Assembly (NCBI RefSeq): GCF_001194135.2
Contig: NC_068984.1
Span: 106,839,427 to 106,903,426, forward strand
Reading direction: 5' to 3'
Origin: Octopus bimaculoides
Taxonomy: Eukaryota
Length of the DNA: 64,000 nucleotides
A model generated the notes under the pieces. That model made no database searches. It was not told where the DNA came from and saw only the letters and a list, made by a program, of their open reading frames with translations. Numbering within the stretch: the first letter of the stretch is position 1; each line of letters opens with the position of its first letter. Shown here in pieces: positions 26,871 through 40,230 of the stretch. The position numbers were made by a program, and so were the translations under genes.

Positions 26871-29346
26871 TTTTAGTATGTATGTAATGTATGTTTGTAT
26901 GTATGTATATTTAAACAACATGCACTAATTAGCGTCTCTATTTGAAGCCATCTGCTTTCGAGGTAGCTTCTACTGATCGTTACTTTAGGTAAATATCTTC
27001 TACTGTGCTTTGTGTTAACCAATGCTATCTAAACGGAATTTGGTTGCCCGAAATTGTGTGGAAGCTTGTTGTCTTTTTACATGTGTGTGTGTACGTGTGT
27101 GTGCGTGCGTGTGTGTGTGTTCGTGTGTGTGCGTGCGTGTGTAAGTGTATGCTTATGATCAATACGTGCATTCGCATTTGTATGTCTGTGTATGTTGATG
27201 TGAAAAATATGCGTCTAGTTCTGTCCCTTTACACCCAGCATGCATCCCTTCTACTCGATAAACAATGATAGTTGAAAGATTTAGTTTACTAACATATGTA
27301 CTGGAGTGGATATGATAAAAAGTTCTCTATTGTAGTTACATCACAAGACTCAAGACATTAAGAGATAATGGAAATATACGAAATATTGCGTCTACATTTT
27401 TTATATTTAGTTGGTTGCATATTTCGTAAAATTCCATATCAGACAAAATCATTGTGGTAAGCACTGACTACGTACGCTCACACACACAGAGGCGCGCGTG
27501 TGTGTCTGTGTGTGTGTGTGTGCATGTACAATCTCTTAAAATATCATTGGCATGGAACTGCGGAAATTGTCTTTTCCTTGAAGGAAAGATTATTAATAAC
27601 CAGAATCTAGTTGCTATTTCTCAAATGACAATCGACATTTTTAGGCATGTTAACCACAGTAAAATAACCTACAACGGATGTGGTGAGATGAAAATACGAT
27701 CTCTAGGCATCACTTAAATGAGATAATTGACACAGCAAGGAGGAAATTTGGGAGAGAAACTGGATAATTTCTGTTATATTAACGTTCATTATGACAATCA
27801 CATCTGCCTTCATTCAATAAAAATTACATTTCGTGATTTTAAAGTGTGCTATTGGACATTTTCTTCCTTTCAATTGAAACAGATTTATTTTGTTGAAATA
27901 AAATTTAGGTAAAAACCGTTTGTTTGATTACAAAATATATTAGCACTTGTTTGCAATAACATTCCGGAGAATGAAACATAATTTTCTGAGTTGGAGAGTG
28001 ATTGTTGTTTTATTTTTTGGTATGGAAAATGCTAAATACGAAGAAATAGAGTGAAAGCTTAGGAGGTAATTAAAGTTATTTTATGTGCAAAAATTTTACG
28101 ATGGAAAACAATCCATGCATGGTATAAAGAAAAATGATTCAGTGAAGAAAAAAAGGCGTAGCAGTGAGAGAAAAGAATACGGTGGATGCACAAAATAGAA
28201 TCATGTTGTTGTTGATTTTTATTTATTTAGTTAATTTTTGCTGAACGACTTACAGGAAAAGATGCAAAGACAAACAAGACTTTAAAATTCTAATTTATAA
28301 ACTAATTAATAACCCATTCTTTGAAACCGTATCAGCATTAGCAAGATGTGTATGGTAGAGAGAGGACACGTTACGGTCTTTCAGAAAAGAAACTTGATTT
28401 CGAAATAATTGACTTGATATCCAATGTTAATGCTTAGCTTTCATATGAAAACAATAATTTTACCATATTTATTTATGGCTTGTGCATTGCGAAGTCATGT
28501 TGGAAGTCGAGAACAGGTCAGAAGTCATAACTGCGATCCGATGTATTTAATTCATATTTCATATCATCTCCAGAGAAGAATTAATTAATCATAAGCTGGT
28601 TGTGAATTGAATCTGTTTCAGTATTTAAAGTTTGGTTATAATCAGTTGGATCTAAGAAATAGTGAGAAATTTAGATGACAAATATTTATGGCAAATAATA
28701 TTGGAGATGCATAATACTATATATCGTACATATATATTTCACGGCATGATACACAATTTCGTACAAACAAGAAATTAGCTTAGCATTCCTTAAATTTATT
28801 CATCTATATATGTTAGAACGAAAGAAATATATTAAATGTCAGGTAAGTTCATAAAGATAGCGTTTGATAGTCGATCAAAATGTTTTAAAGCTATTCTGTA
28901 TAGTCATAAATCAGTATAGATCAATATCAATTCAAATATTAACTGATTATGTGATGACAATTTAGAATTTGGCATTTACATATTAAAACCAAAAATCATT
29001 TTGATCATTTTGCCTTAGTATCTATAGAATGTAGTCTTGGATTGCCTCAAAGACACCTGCCATTGTATATTGCGATCTTGATGTTGATAACGATGATAGT
29101 GTTGATTTCCTTTATATTTAATTGAAGTATTTGTTCCCAATATTTATATGTGTATACGATTTATTGGTTATAAACTAACAGCTTGTAAGTAATAGGCTTT
29201 TAACCTACAACTATTAAGCTGGAGATTTATAGCCTATAACTAATGTCATAGTAATAGTTATTTAATGCACATATAACAAACTACTTTTTAGTTTCAATTG
29301 TATAATAAACATCTTATATATGTGTGTTTGGTGTGTGTGTGTGTGC

Positions 29347-29383
<37 letters not shown>

Positions 29384-30385
29384 CGTGCGTGTGTGTGCAT
29401 GTGGTACATGTGAAGGCATATATATATGTGAAAATGTATCTTGATACAGGAATATCGTATTTAGATAAACATTACTAGTTTATTGTGAAGATAAGGCTTG
29501 TTATTACTGCGTAATGTATTTTATTCGTAACGCTAAATACCTTATCCTTCATATTTTTAGGTCAAATTCCACCTTGGTTTAGTTTCACTTTTATCTTTCT
29601 GCAATCGATTAAATAAGAAGTATTGATATACTATACTTTTCTGCTTTTAACCAAAAGTGATTTCGTGCCATGTAATCAAAAATCAATAAACTGTTCTTAT
29701 ATATATAAATATAATACTCGGAGTTAAAAATGCCCTGTTATTGAACATTTCTATATTCGTTCATATACTTACGTGCTGGCTGAGAAACTGAAGGAACCAC
29801 TCACAAAAGTATAAGGCTAAAAGAATATACTGGAATAGGAAGTATTACACAGAAAAACGAAATGAATATTAAGTAAATGCAATGGAAAACGTGTTTGAGA
29901 TCAAATATCTTTAGTAATTCTGCAGGAAAATTATTTTTATTAGAAAATATCCAGACAGTTTTCCCAGAAATAAACACAATGGAACTGAACCCCACTAAGT
30001 CTGCAGTAAATGAAAATAAATTATCCGGATAAAACAAGCGATTCTATGAAGAACTAGGTAGAAAACGACAGAAAACAATGCAACGCCATCAGCAGATAAC
30101 TTAGAAGTATTTCATAGCGGCGTTTTAGCACAGAAGCCATATTGATATAAGATAAGTTTACAAATAACAAGCATATCAGATGAACAATCGTGGGGAATAG
30201 CATCTGGAAAGCAAAAGAAAAAAAGAAGAAAAAGTTTGTAGTTTCATATATATGGTTTGCACGTTTAATAAGTACAGACAGTGTTGGGAACTTATTTAAT
30301 AAATATTTACCTGAACAAAGAAACAAAAGATCAGAAGGGATACTGCAAAGGCGCATATGCTTTTAAATATTAAGTTAAAAGTTGT

Positions 30386-30603
30386 AAGGCGAAGAGCTGG
30401 AAGAATCGTTAGCACGCGAAGCAAAATGCTTAGTGGCCTTTCATCCGGCTTTACGTTCTGAGATGACATTCCACCGAGGTCGAATTTGCCTTTTTATCCA
30501 TTTCTATCCTTTCACGGTCGATGACATAAGTACCAGTTGAGCAGTGAGGAATCTTCAATCCCTCCTGACTAAAATTGCAGGCATTGTGCCTATAGTAGAA
30601 AGG
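30386..30603 (+). mobile_element. SINE family A
   Basis: AAGGCGAAGAGCTGGAAGAATCGTTAGCACG head, ATAAGTACCAGTTGAGCA core, AAAATTGCAGGCATTGTGCC tail. Confidence 0.85.
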
Positions 30604-31981
30604 GCTAAGTTATAATATTTTCGCCTAGAAACTGTTATTTACTAAGACTAGACAAGGAAACCAAATAAATCACTGTATTAAACAAAACACCACTCGAGAT
30701 TCGATTCGCACATATTATATTTTCCTTGAAGCATAAAATACTAACAGTAGACTAACTAATGTATCTTGTGAAGAATAAAGGGAAACGAGTGCAAATAGCT
30801 ACAAACAAGAAAGAAACGAAGATAAGCTTCTGTTTGCAGAGAACACAACTCGAACGTAACAACGACTGAGCTAACTGCCAGTTTAGAGTGAAATTAGAAA
30901 TCAGCATCAGAAATTTTAAAAGATTATAAACTGAAAGATACATCATCATCATCAAAGAAAACTTGAGCATACTAGGAAAAAATATGGAGAAAACGCAATC
31001 GAATTAACATGTCCAATAGACCAGAAAGAAAGAAGGAAAAGCTAATAGTACAACGGGCGATCATTATCGTTATGGTACTCAGCAGTACATTAAAAATTGC
31101 ATACAAAGGAGTGCTCTAAGACTGAAAAGGTCTGTAATTTATGTCAGGGCAGGTGATCTGTATCCAGATTTAATTGATCTGTATCCAGATATAACTGAAC
31201 TAAAATGTCTGTAATATGATAGATATCTTAATTGCTTCTGAAAGTAAGAACGTCTTAAGTTGGGTAGAGAATAGTAGAAAGCTCGTCAAATGTAAAACGA
31301 GCACTAGATTTCATCAATAAAAGTGTAAGCAGAATAAATGTGGCTTAACCATACGAGTGTTACAACGTAACACACAGTACAAAAGATAACCTCTCCCAAG
31401 CACAGCTCACGACCAACACCAAATACGTCCAATTCATTAGTGTAATTGAATCATTACACGCCAGTTCCTTATACAATAAACAACAAATCAATGTAGCGAC
31501 TAATATTATAAAATTATCACCAACCGATATAACATCACACACACTATGCATAATCCTCAATCAGCAGTATATCACAGTATATACCCATACATAATTGATA
31601 CCCAGCGTTATAACAACAGTTTACATTTTACGCATACCATAACACTACATACATACAGTAAATGCTCTTCGCAAACATTCTTCGACGCTAAAACACGACA
31701 CTAACAGTACAAAATATACAAAACAAAATGACTTCCCAAAATAGTAGTACTTTACATTGCAAATACTCTACAGAAGAGGAAAAATAATAATAAAAGTAAT
31801 AAAGAATACAAATCCTACAAGAAATCAAACACGATGATGCGGTGTACAAATACAATTCCCCACAAACCAAAGTTTTACACGCCTCAGACAAATAAGGTGT
31901 ACTGGCAGCATAAGAAAAACTTATTGAAAAGATAACGATAGCAACAACAATAATAATAATCCTTTCTACTGAAGGTACACA

Positions 31982-32160
31982 ACCTGAAATGTTGGGGTTG
32001 GGACTAGTCGGTTGCATCGACTACAATGTTTCACTGGTATTTAATTTATCGACCTCGAAACGATGAACAGCAAAATCAACATCGGTGGAGTTTGAACTCG
32101 GACGAAATGTCGCTAAGCAAATTGCCCGGTGTGCTAATAATTCGGCCAGCTCGCCGCCTT
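31982..32160 (-). mobile_element. SINE family A
   Basis: Ends in GGCCAGCTCGCCGCCTT (reverse complement of the head); TTTGAACTC is the B-box. Confidence 0.8.
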
Positions 32161-32194
32161 AACACCAACGGCAACAATAATAATTCTTTCATCC

Positions 32195-32421
32195 TTTTAT
32201 TCTTTTGTTTGAGTCAGTTGACTGCAGCCATGCTGGAGCACCGCCTTGAAGGCGTTTAGTCGAACAAATTGTTTCTAGGACTTATTTTTGAAGTCTAGAA
32301 CTTATTCTGTCAACCATTTTTTCCGAACCGCTAAGTTACGGGGACATAAACACACCAATACCGGTTGTCAAGCACTGATGGTGGGGGGGACAAACATAGA
32401 CGCAAAGGCTTGCACGCATAC
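32195..32421 (-). mobile_element. SINE family B, 3' half
   Basis: TTGACTGCAGCCATGCTGGAGCACCGCCTT...CCGAACCGCTAAGTTACGGGGACATAAACACACC...GGTTGTCAAGC is the reverse complement of 43880-44077. Confidence 0.85.
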
Positions 32422-32489
32422 GATAATATTTTCTACTATATGCCTGGAATTTGGAAGGACGTGGTCAGTCGATTACATCGTTCTCAGAG

Positions 32490-33128
32490 CTCGACTTCTT
32501 CATTCTGTGACTTTTGAGTTTCATAAACTTCTCAATCTGGCATGTCACGACTTTTCCAGATCTTGTTGGATTCTCTTTCCATCATCATCTCTGGTTATTT
32601 TCCTAAGTAATGAAGATAACCTCTCTTTGATTTCGTTATTTAGTTGATGTTTTTTTTTCCAACGGTTATAATGGATCCTCTCACGGACGAGGGTATGTCC
32701 TGCACTTTCCGCTACTCTTCTAGCTTTATATGAATCGACTGGTTTCATTATATTCAAGCCAGGTGGTATTAGCTAGTTTTTGATGGTTTTCTGTATATGT
32801 CTCCATTGAAGTCTAATGTTGGCTCCGTACCGATTAGATAATACAGTTCTATATTTAAGAGATGAGGAATTATGTACATTATTTACATTATTTACATTCG
32901 ATGGTATTTGTCCTCATCTTGTTTGTTCTTAACATAACGTTTCGGTTGATATACCCTCCAGCCTTCTTCAGGTGTCTTGGGGAAATTTTGAACCTGGGTT
33001 CTCATTCCTAACGTGTTTTTCGATGTTATTATTATTGTTATTATTATCATAATTATATCAGCCGAAACGTTGTGTTAACAACAAACAAGATGACAAATCT
33101 CTGTCGAATGTAAATAATGTAAATAATT
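32490..33128 (-). mobile_element. Penelope-like element 5' end: ORF N-terminus plus inverted pseudo-LTR pair
   Basis: Minus frame LIPPGLNIMKPVDSYKARRVAESAGHTLVRERIH resembles the PLE N-terminal domain; an inverted repeat of about 75 bp (32878-32953 versus 33054-33128) carries hammerhead sequence. Confidence 0.75.
32929..32978 (-). ncRNA. minimal hammerhead ribozyme motif, degenerate
   Basis: AAGACAC-CTGAAGA-A-GGCTG-GAGGGTATAT-CAACC-GAAA-C-GTT-ATGTT; the second arm (33054-33078) keeps CAGCC and GTGTT, which restore stems II and I. Confidence 0.7.
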
Positions 33129-33159
33129 TACAGAAATAAAGTATTTATTACTTTTATTT

Positions 33160-35170
33160 TTTAAGATCAGTTGTAATAATGTCTGAACCAACTGCTAAAA
33201 AGGCAAAACTGAGGGACTACAAGGAAGATTGTATCATGCTTGGTTTTGTATCTGTAGACTCAAAACCTGTGTCTTGAATGTGATGCCCTCATGACAAATC
33301 ATTCCATAAAGAAAGTTATGCTGGAACAGCACCAGAAATTAAGGCATCTATCATCTGTTGGTAATGGTAGGGAATATTTTAAGAATAAAAAGAAAATACA
33401 GCCAATCAAACTACTCGACTTTATAAACAAGATAAATACTGAAAAGGCAAAGACACTGAAACCAAGTGATTTGGTCTTTGAAATTATTGTCAAGGTTGCA
33501 GCACCTCAGATTTATGGTGAGAAACTTGTCAAGCCTTCTATGATAGCTTGTGCAGATGAGGTTCTGGGTAAAAATGCTGCATCTATTCTGAGTACAATTC
33601 CACTTTCAAATAACACAATTACATGAAGACAGGATGAAATATCTAATTTTGTTGAGGAGAAGATTGTGGAAATTCTCTAAAAGACAAATTTGTCTATCCA
33701 GGTTGATGATAGCACAATTCATAACCAAGTTATCCTTCTGGTCTATGTCAGATTCATCCACGAAGGAGATGATATGAGGGAGGAAATGTCATTCATTAAA
33801 ATTTTGTCTGAAACTACTTTTGTAGAAGATATATTCAATAAAATAATGCAGTATTTTAATGATAATAATATTCCATTGACTAATTTAATCAAAATTGCAT
33901 CAGATGGAGCTGCAGCCATGACTGGAAAAGTGAAAGGCTTTGTTTCTAGAATGAAATCAGTTGCTCTTAACATTTTTTTAATATACATTGCATTATCCAC
34001 GGACAGCATTTGGTTGCTAAGAATATTGGAAGACACATGGAAGAAGCACTCAACACTGCCATACATGCAATTAACTTTGTCAAATCAAACTCAGTGTATA
34101 ATAGATTTTTTTATGCAATTCTGTGAAGATGAAGATTTTAAGACCCTATTGCTTCACACAAAAGTAAGACGGTTGTCAAAAGGTTTGAACCTTGAAAGAC
34201 TAGTGAATTTCTGGGAACCATTAATCAACTTTCTCATGTTCAAGAGTCAGATGACTCGCTACAACTCCAAGAAGCAAACTGATACAGCTAAGAAGATTTT
34301 GTAAAGACTTTCTGAGTTTAAATCAAAAATATTCTACTTGAGTGATATTTTTAAAACAGTGAATCTGCTTAACTTAGAGCTGTCCTCAGAAGATAAAAGG
34401 GTATATGGGGAAATTAAAACTTTGGAAAAAAACAGTTTGAAAAAAATTTGGCATCATTTCAGAATTTTAACACCACTGTTCTTATATCAGAATTCATCGC
34501 TGCATGCGCTGCCCATCTTGAAGGCCTTCAAGTAGACTTTAAAAAAAGATACAAGGATTTATTTAAGATGGATTATCCACTCTGGTTTGTAGACCTAGAA
34601 AATTATGAGCCAGGAGATGAAAATTTTGAGTTGGCTGAAATGTTGTTGGAATTGAAAGAGAATATGAAACTGAGAAGATGAGTTGAAAAAGGTGTCTTTG
34701 CTTACATATCGATAAAGGAATCAAACCCAAATATTTTTCGACATGTAGAAGCAAGCATCATTTCTTTTCCTACCACATGTAGATATTTTAAGTAGAAAAA
34801 GAAATAAATTAGATGTCAACAGCAGATGAACAATCAGACTAAGACTAGAATAGTTCCTTTAAAATTGATTATGATATCTTGTGGCAGAAACACCAATATC
34901 AAGCTAGTCACTAGCCGAATGGACTAAAAATGAACGACTTTATGAAAAATGATTTTGATATCTTGTGTTTATCTTTGTTTACTAAAATAAATTTTAGATT
35001 TTATCTTTTGTTTGCTAAAATAACTTTTAAAGTGTAAATAGACTATTTTGTCTTTTCATTAAATATTTTAGTGTGAAAGTAGAACAGCATTAAGTAAAAG
35101 TGGAAGTGGTCCCTAAAAATTTTTATCAAGTAAAAAATGGTCCCTGGGCTGAAAAAGGTTGGGAACAGTG
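33160..35170 (+). mobile_element. hAT (Buster/Charlie, ZBED5/SCAND3-like) transposon, disrupted transposase, 5' end missing
   Basis: MSEPTAKKAKLRDYKED..LGF, KP+CLEC, ACADEVLG, IPLSNNTI, SIQVDDST, VYVRFI, IASDGAAAMTGK, LLLHTKVRRLSKG, YLSDIF; 3' end AAAAAGGTTGGGAACAGTG followed by the NNNTANNN octamer ATCTATAC. Confidence 0.92.
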
Positions 35171-35475
35171 ATCTATACTATATGCACATTTTTTTCCACT
35201 CAGAAGAGATAGTGTTATGTACATGCGTGCGCGTATACATGCAAAAAACAAACTNNNNNNNNNNNNNNNNNNNNNNNNNNNNNNNNNNNNNNNNNNNNNN
35301 NNNNNNNNNNNNNNNNNNNNNNNNNNNNNNNNNNNNNNNNNNNNNNNNNNNNNNNNNNNNNNNNNNNNNNNNNNNNNNNNNNNNNNNNNNNNNNNNNNNN
35401 NNNNNNNNNNNNNNNNNNNNNNNNNNNNNNNNNNNNNNNNNNNNNNNNNNNNNNNNNNNNNNNNNNNNNNNNNNN

Positions 35476-35557
35476 AGAAGAAGAAGAAGAAGAAGAAGAA
35501 GAAGAAGAAGAAGAAGAAGAAGAAGAAGAAGAAGAAGAAGAAGAAGAAGAAGAAGAA
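35476..35557. repeat. (AAG)n microsatellite next to a gap
   Basis: Directly visible. Confidence 0.97.
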
Positions 35558-38500
35558 CGCAGGGAGGAGGATAGGTAGGAGGGTAGGAGGAGGGGGATAG
35601 AAAGCTGAAACAATGAGATATATCAGGTAAGATCAGTATGAAGTTAGGCTTTAATTAAATTAGTTTTTCAGACAGAGTCTGAATCCAAAATTCTCAAATG
35701 TAGAAAATTAAGATTACATTGCTTGATAATAAATAATATATTATTGTATATAATATAATGGAAGCGTACACAACTGTTTGTATCTATCTTGAATCAAAAT
35801 TGAAACACTTTCTCGATGGAAAATTGCCAAATATTGGTTCAATGAAACGAGTAACTGTGTGGTTTTGTTTCAAAATCGCTCATGATGTAACATGGAAAGT
35901 AATTTGACTGAATTGGCGTTGTCGTCGTCATCGCCGTCATCGTCATTGCTATGATCAAAAGCATTCCAGAAGTTACTTTCCCACATTTACCCGATTAGAA
36001 TGGAATAAAATAATACAATATAAAATAAGTCATTTTATTAAGATGGCTGTGGTGGTGGTGATGGAGGGTGATATGAATTGGAGTTGGTTGCAATTTGTAG
36101 CAAGCCGTGAGAAGAAGAAGAAGAAGAAGAACAACAACAACAACAACAACAAGATTCTCACGTTGATTGCACTTTCATTTTGGTGGGGATGAATGTGGAC
36201 AGCACTCAGCTAACAGTGACCGTACATAACCATGAAAATGGCCATCAAATTCAGTCTTAAATTTGACTTTGTCTTTCATTCTTCTGCGACTAGGTCAATC
36301 ACATCATAATGACCCCGCATTGTATTTTGAATTAACTAAAGCTGCAAGAAGTCATGGTTTCGAAATATACATCAATGTGCTAATTTCTTTTTTTAATTAG
36401 AGCACTAATTTCCAAACAGTGCAAACTGATTTAAAACAAAATGTGTAAGTCTTTAGATGTTCCACGGTAATGGTTGAATAATATTCTTAAGGGCGACATT
36501 TACTCAGCTGCAGTCTCTTCAAAGCTTTGTCACTAACTCATTTCATAACCAAATTGTTAATTTCTCAACCAAACTCATTTCTCAACCAAACTCTTAATAG
36601 TTCTATAATAGTCGCCCCGCAAGCTACATTTTGGTATAAAAATATTGAAATTTGGTTCAGTGTAAAAAGTCACGTTAAAGTATGTGAGGCCCAAATGGGA
36701 GAGTAAGGCGAAAAATCGACATTGAATCAAAGTAACTTTCTAATTTTAAAAGCAAATTATATTTTATTTTAATCTTCAATGATAGATCAAAACGAGAGAA
36801 ATCTAAAAATGTCAATTTTATCAAATGAATCTTTAATATAATGAATTTCTGATGCCAAAAGTACCGAAAAAAGTAAGTAACGCCTCCAATCCATTTTGAC
36901 ATCAAAATCTTCCTTGATTTAAAAACAATCTATATTTTATTTATGCTCAGAAAATAAATCAAAATGAGAGGAATCTAAAACTGCTAATTTTATGCAATAA
37001 AATTCTGTAGAAAAAAGCTAAGAGGTAAAAAGTGACAAAAAAATGTATGTGATGCTTAATCGAATGATTATTTTGAATAAAATATACACATTTGTCTCCC
37101 TTGCATCAAAGTAAGATTTCTTCTCTCTTTCTCCTTTTCTCCGCTGCTATAAGAGTAAAGCCTATTTGGAAACACTTCATATGCTAGAAATAACAGCATA
37201 TCCTGAATTATTATTGAAAGATCTAAATCAGTAAGTAAAATTATGAATTATTAATTGTCACTATTTTTTAGTTTTTAATTGCATTGCCTGGAAAAAAAGT
37301 GGGTTACAATGAAAAATGCGGACAGGTGGAAATTAATATTCTTAAGTTATTAAACCTGGAAAATTATAGGACAAGTTAACACCTGGAAAAGTACTGGACA
37401 AACATATTTATACTTAAAATATTGCATCTATATTTAAAATTTAAAACATATATTGATATATAAAAACTAAAAACAATAGCTTTTATTAGCTGCTCTATAA
37501 TTAAAAAATTAACTCAAATTTTAGGCTAACTCCTAGCAAAAGATAATTAAAATTCAATAACCCCATTGAAATGTTTTCAGTAAGGGCTATGTAGTCGCTT
37601 ATCAAGAAGAATTTTTTATATGGTATGCTACCCCACCAAGTAAAAAATTTAATTTGGAAGAGTACCCCACTCTTCCGAAAATATCACTCCTCTAAGCCTG
37701 AACCCTACCATAATGGTAACAACTGAACTTTCCTTTTTTGAAATTTCCAGAAGACCAGCTTTGTGGTGTCTTTATCAATGAATTATAGAGTGCCAATTTT
37801 TATGAAAACGATGAACAAAAAATGAATTTTTGTTGAATACTACTTAAGAGCTTTTAGTAGTTCCTAAAAATTTCTAATTGAAAAAACATTCTTAATGGGG
37901 CTATTGAAAATCTCAAATGTTGATCTCAAATGATGACATGCATATCTATACTTAACTCCTGGAAGATTCGAACGGAAATATGTTAATCGCTGTTTTGTAC
38001 GCCACACTAGAATAATTTAACCTTTTTATGACAACACACACGACTCATTGGTACAAAAATTTTGGAACAACAGTATTTGAACATATTTCTTATCAGGACT
38101 TTTGTCCCTTAAACAAGAGCCGGTGGCTTTGCTCATAATTTCAAGGAACAAAATGTTATCTAATCGCAGCTGATATTTGATATCTGTGCTGATAACTGAT
38201 ATCTTTGCTTGTATCTGATATCAGTGCTGATATTTCATATTTGTGCAGATATCTGCTAACTGATTATAAATCGCTATTCTTAATGCAAATAATGATTTAT
38301 TATCGGTTGTCAGATACCAACTCTAATCAGCGAACAATTGTTCACTGAAATTACAAACGAGACCTTCTGCTCTTCATCATTTCAAAATTTGGGTGCTTCT
38401 GGCTGACAAGACACAACATTCGACACACTATTTTCGGGATCTCGTTCCGGAATCTTGTGCACCAAAGAGTCGAGTATGTTATGAACGATTTATCGTCATG

Positions 38501-38626
38501 AAAATGAGAAGTTTGTTACGTACACAATAGCGATTAGCATGTTTGTGTTCGAATGCGACTGAACTTATCCAGAATAGATATGGAAGAGAAGTCTTCGCTT
38601 CATACGCACATATTCACACACACACA

Positions 38627-38666
<40 letters not shown>

Positions 38667-39969
38667 CACACACGCACACATAGACACACACAAACGCACA
38701 CACATTTATATACATATATATAGTCAAGTCGAGAAAAGATTATATTTAACCAATGGTTGAATTAATTTTATCATACTATATTCTTCCTGCTATTTATAAC
38801 TTCGTATAATCTTTAAGAGTGTATAACGTTATACAGTCTTTCTCTTACATGATACTATATATTCTGTATGTCTTGTAGACATTAGAAACTTTTTTTATGA
38901 TTAAGGATCACGGTGTAGGAAGATAGTAAGCTTCGAGTAGTCCGTAGAAGGTATAAAAACAACTTTTATGAACAATAGGAGTTTATTGACGTAGAATATT
39001 GTACGTTTTACCTGCATCGAAGTTCGATAAGCTGAATAAATTGCTTTATAGGTTACGGTTAGCAGCAGGAGTTGCTGTGTATGTATGTTTGTGTGTTTAA
39101 GATATATATATATATATATATATATGAGGTTTATCATGTGTGTCTGTAAGAAGAAAGAAAATAATTTGTGAGAAAGCAGAATATTACCAGTAGTACTTAT
39201 GATGGTAGATAAAACATGAACACACAAATACATATTTAAAGATATGCAAACATATGCGAACACAAATTCACATGCACGTATCTACATATATAAAAGATAC
39301 TAATTTTTAAAAAAGAACCACGCAGCATAAGCAAAGAGAAGCCGAACAGAATTTTATACGTAAATGAATATGATTACATAACATATTTTGGCAAGTAAAA
39401 TATACTTCAAACATGCTTCAATTATGTGAGTTCATTGGAATAACATAGAAATATTATTAAGTAAGGGTATAAGATTTTATTTTGTTTGGGAACATAGAAT
39501 GGTTTCGAGAATAAATATCTCAGAAATACCCTTTGTATAAAGCGCTAAAATGTGAAATTGTCGTACATATGATGAAAGTAACTTTTATCAAATCTATAGT
39601 TTTAACTTTGTCGGATGAATTCTTTCAGATGTAATGTTTGAAATACAAACTTGTTATTGAAGTGTGTACTTCATTTAAGAAGTGCATACTTACATATATC
39701 AAGTAGTACTTCGTATTTCAAAAAGAATATTTCAGAATGTTTGACAATACTAGTATATATGTCAATATTTAACAGACAATCATACTACAATTCCTCATGC
39801 TTCCTATGTTCTGCCTGTATGTTGTCGTAACTATCTTTTATGTCACTTATTTTAACTTTGATATCATTCACTGGCATTTGCGACGTTGATCAACAAATTT
39901 TCATACAAAGAAATGAAGGACTAATAGTTTTATAATATTGACTAAATTATTGAAGATACTTCAGAGCTG

Positions 39970-40020
<51 letters not shown>

Positions 40021-40193
40021 NNNNNNNNNNTGTATGTGTGTGTGTGTGCGTGTGTGTGTGCGTGCGTGCGTGTGTGTGTGTGTGTCTGCATGTAAATACA
40101 TATGTATGTATGTATATATATACACACATATATACATCCATGTATGTGTATATATACACACACATACACACACACAAATACACGCGCACAAAT

Positions 40194-40224
<31 letters not shown>

Positions 40225-40230
40225 CATACA

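Noticed and set aside
26952-26983. Possible hammerhead at the 5' side of the PLE (minus strand ..AACGA..GTAGAAGCTAC..GAAA)
   Set aside because: The CUGANGA core is absent and the stems are too short.
31154-31190. 16-bp direct repeat TGATCTGTATCCAGAT separated by 5 bp
   Set aside because: Most simply a local slippage duplication; no further structure.
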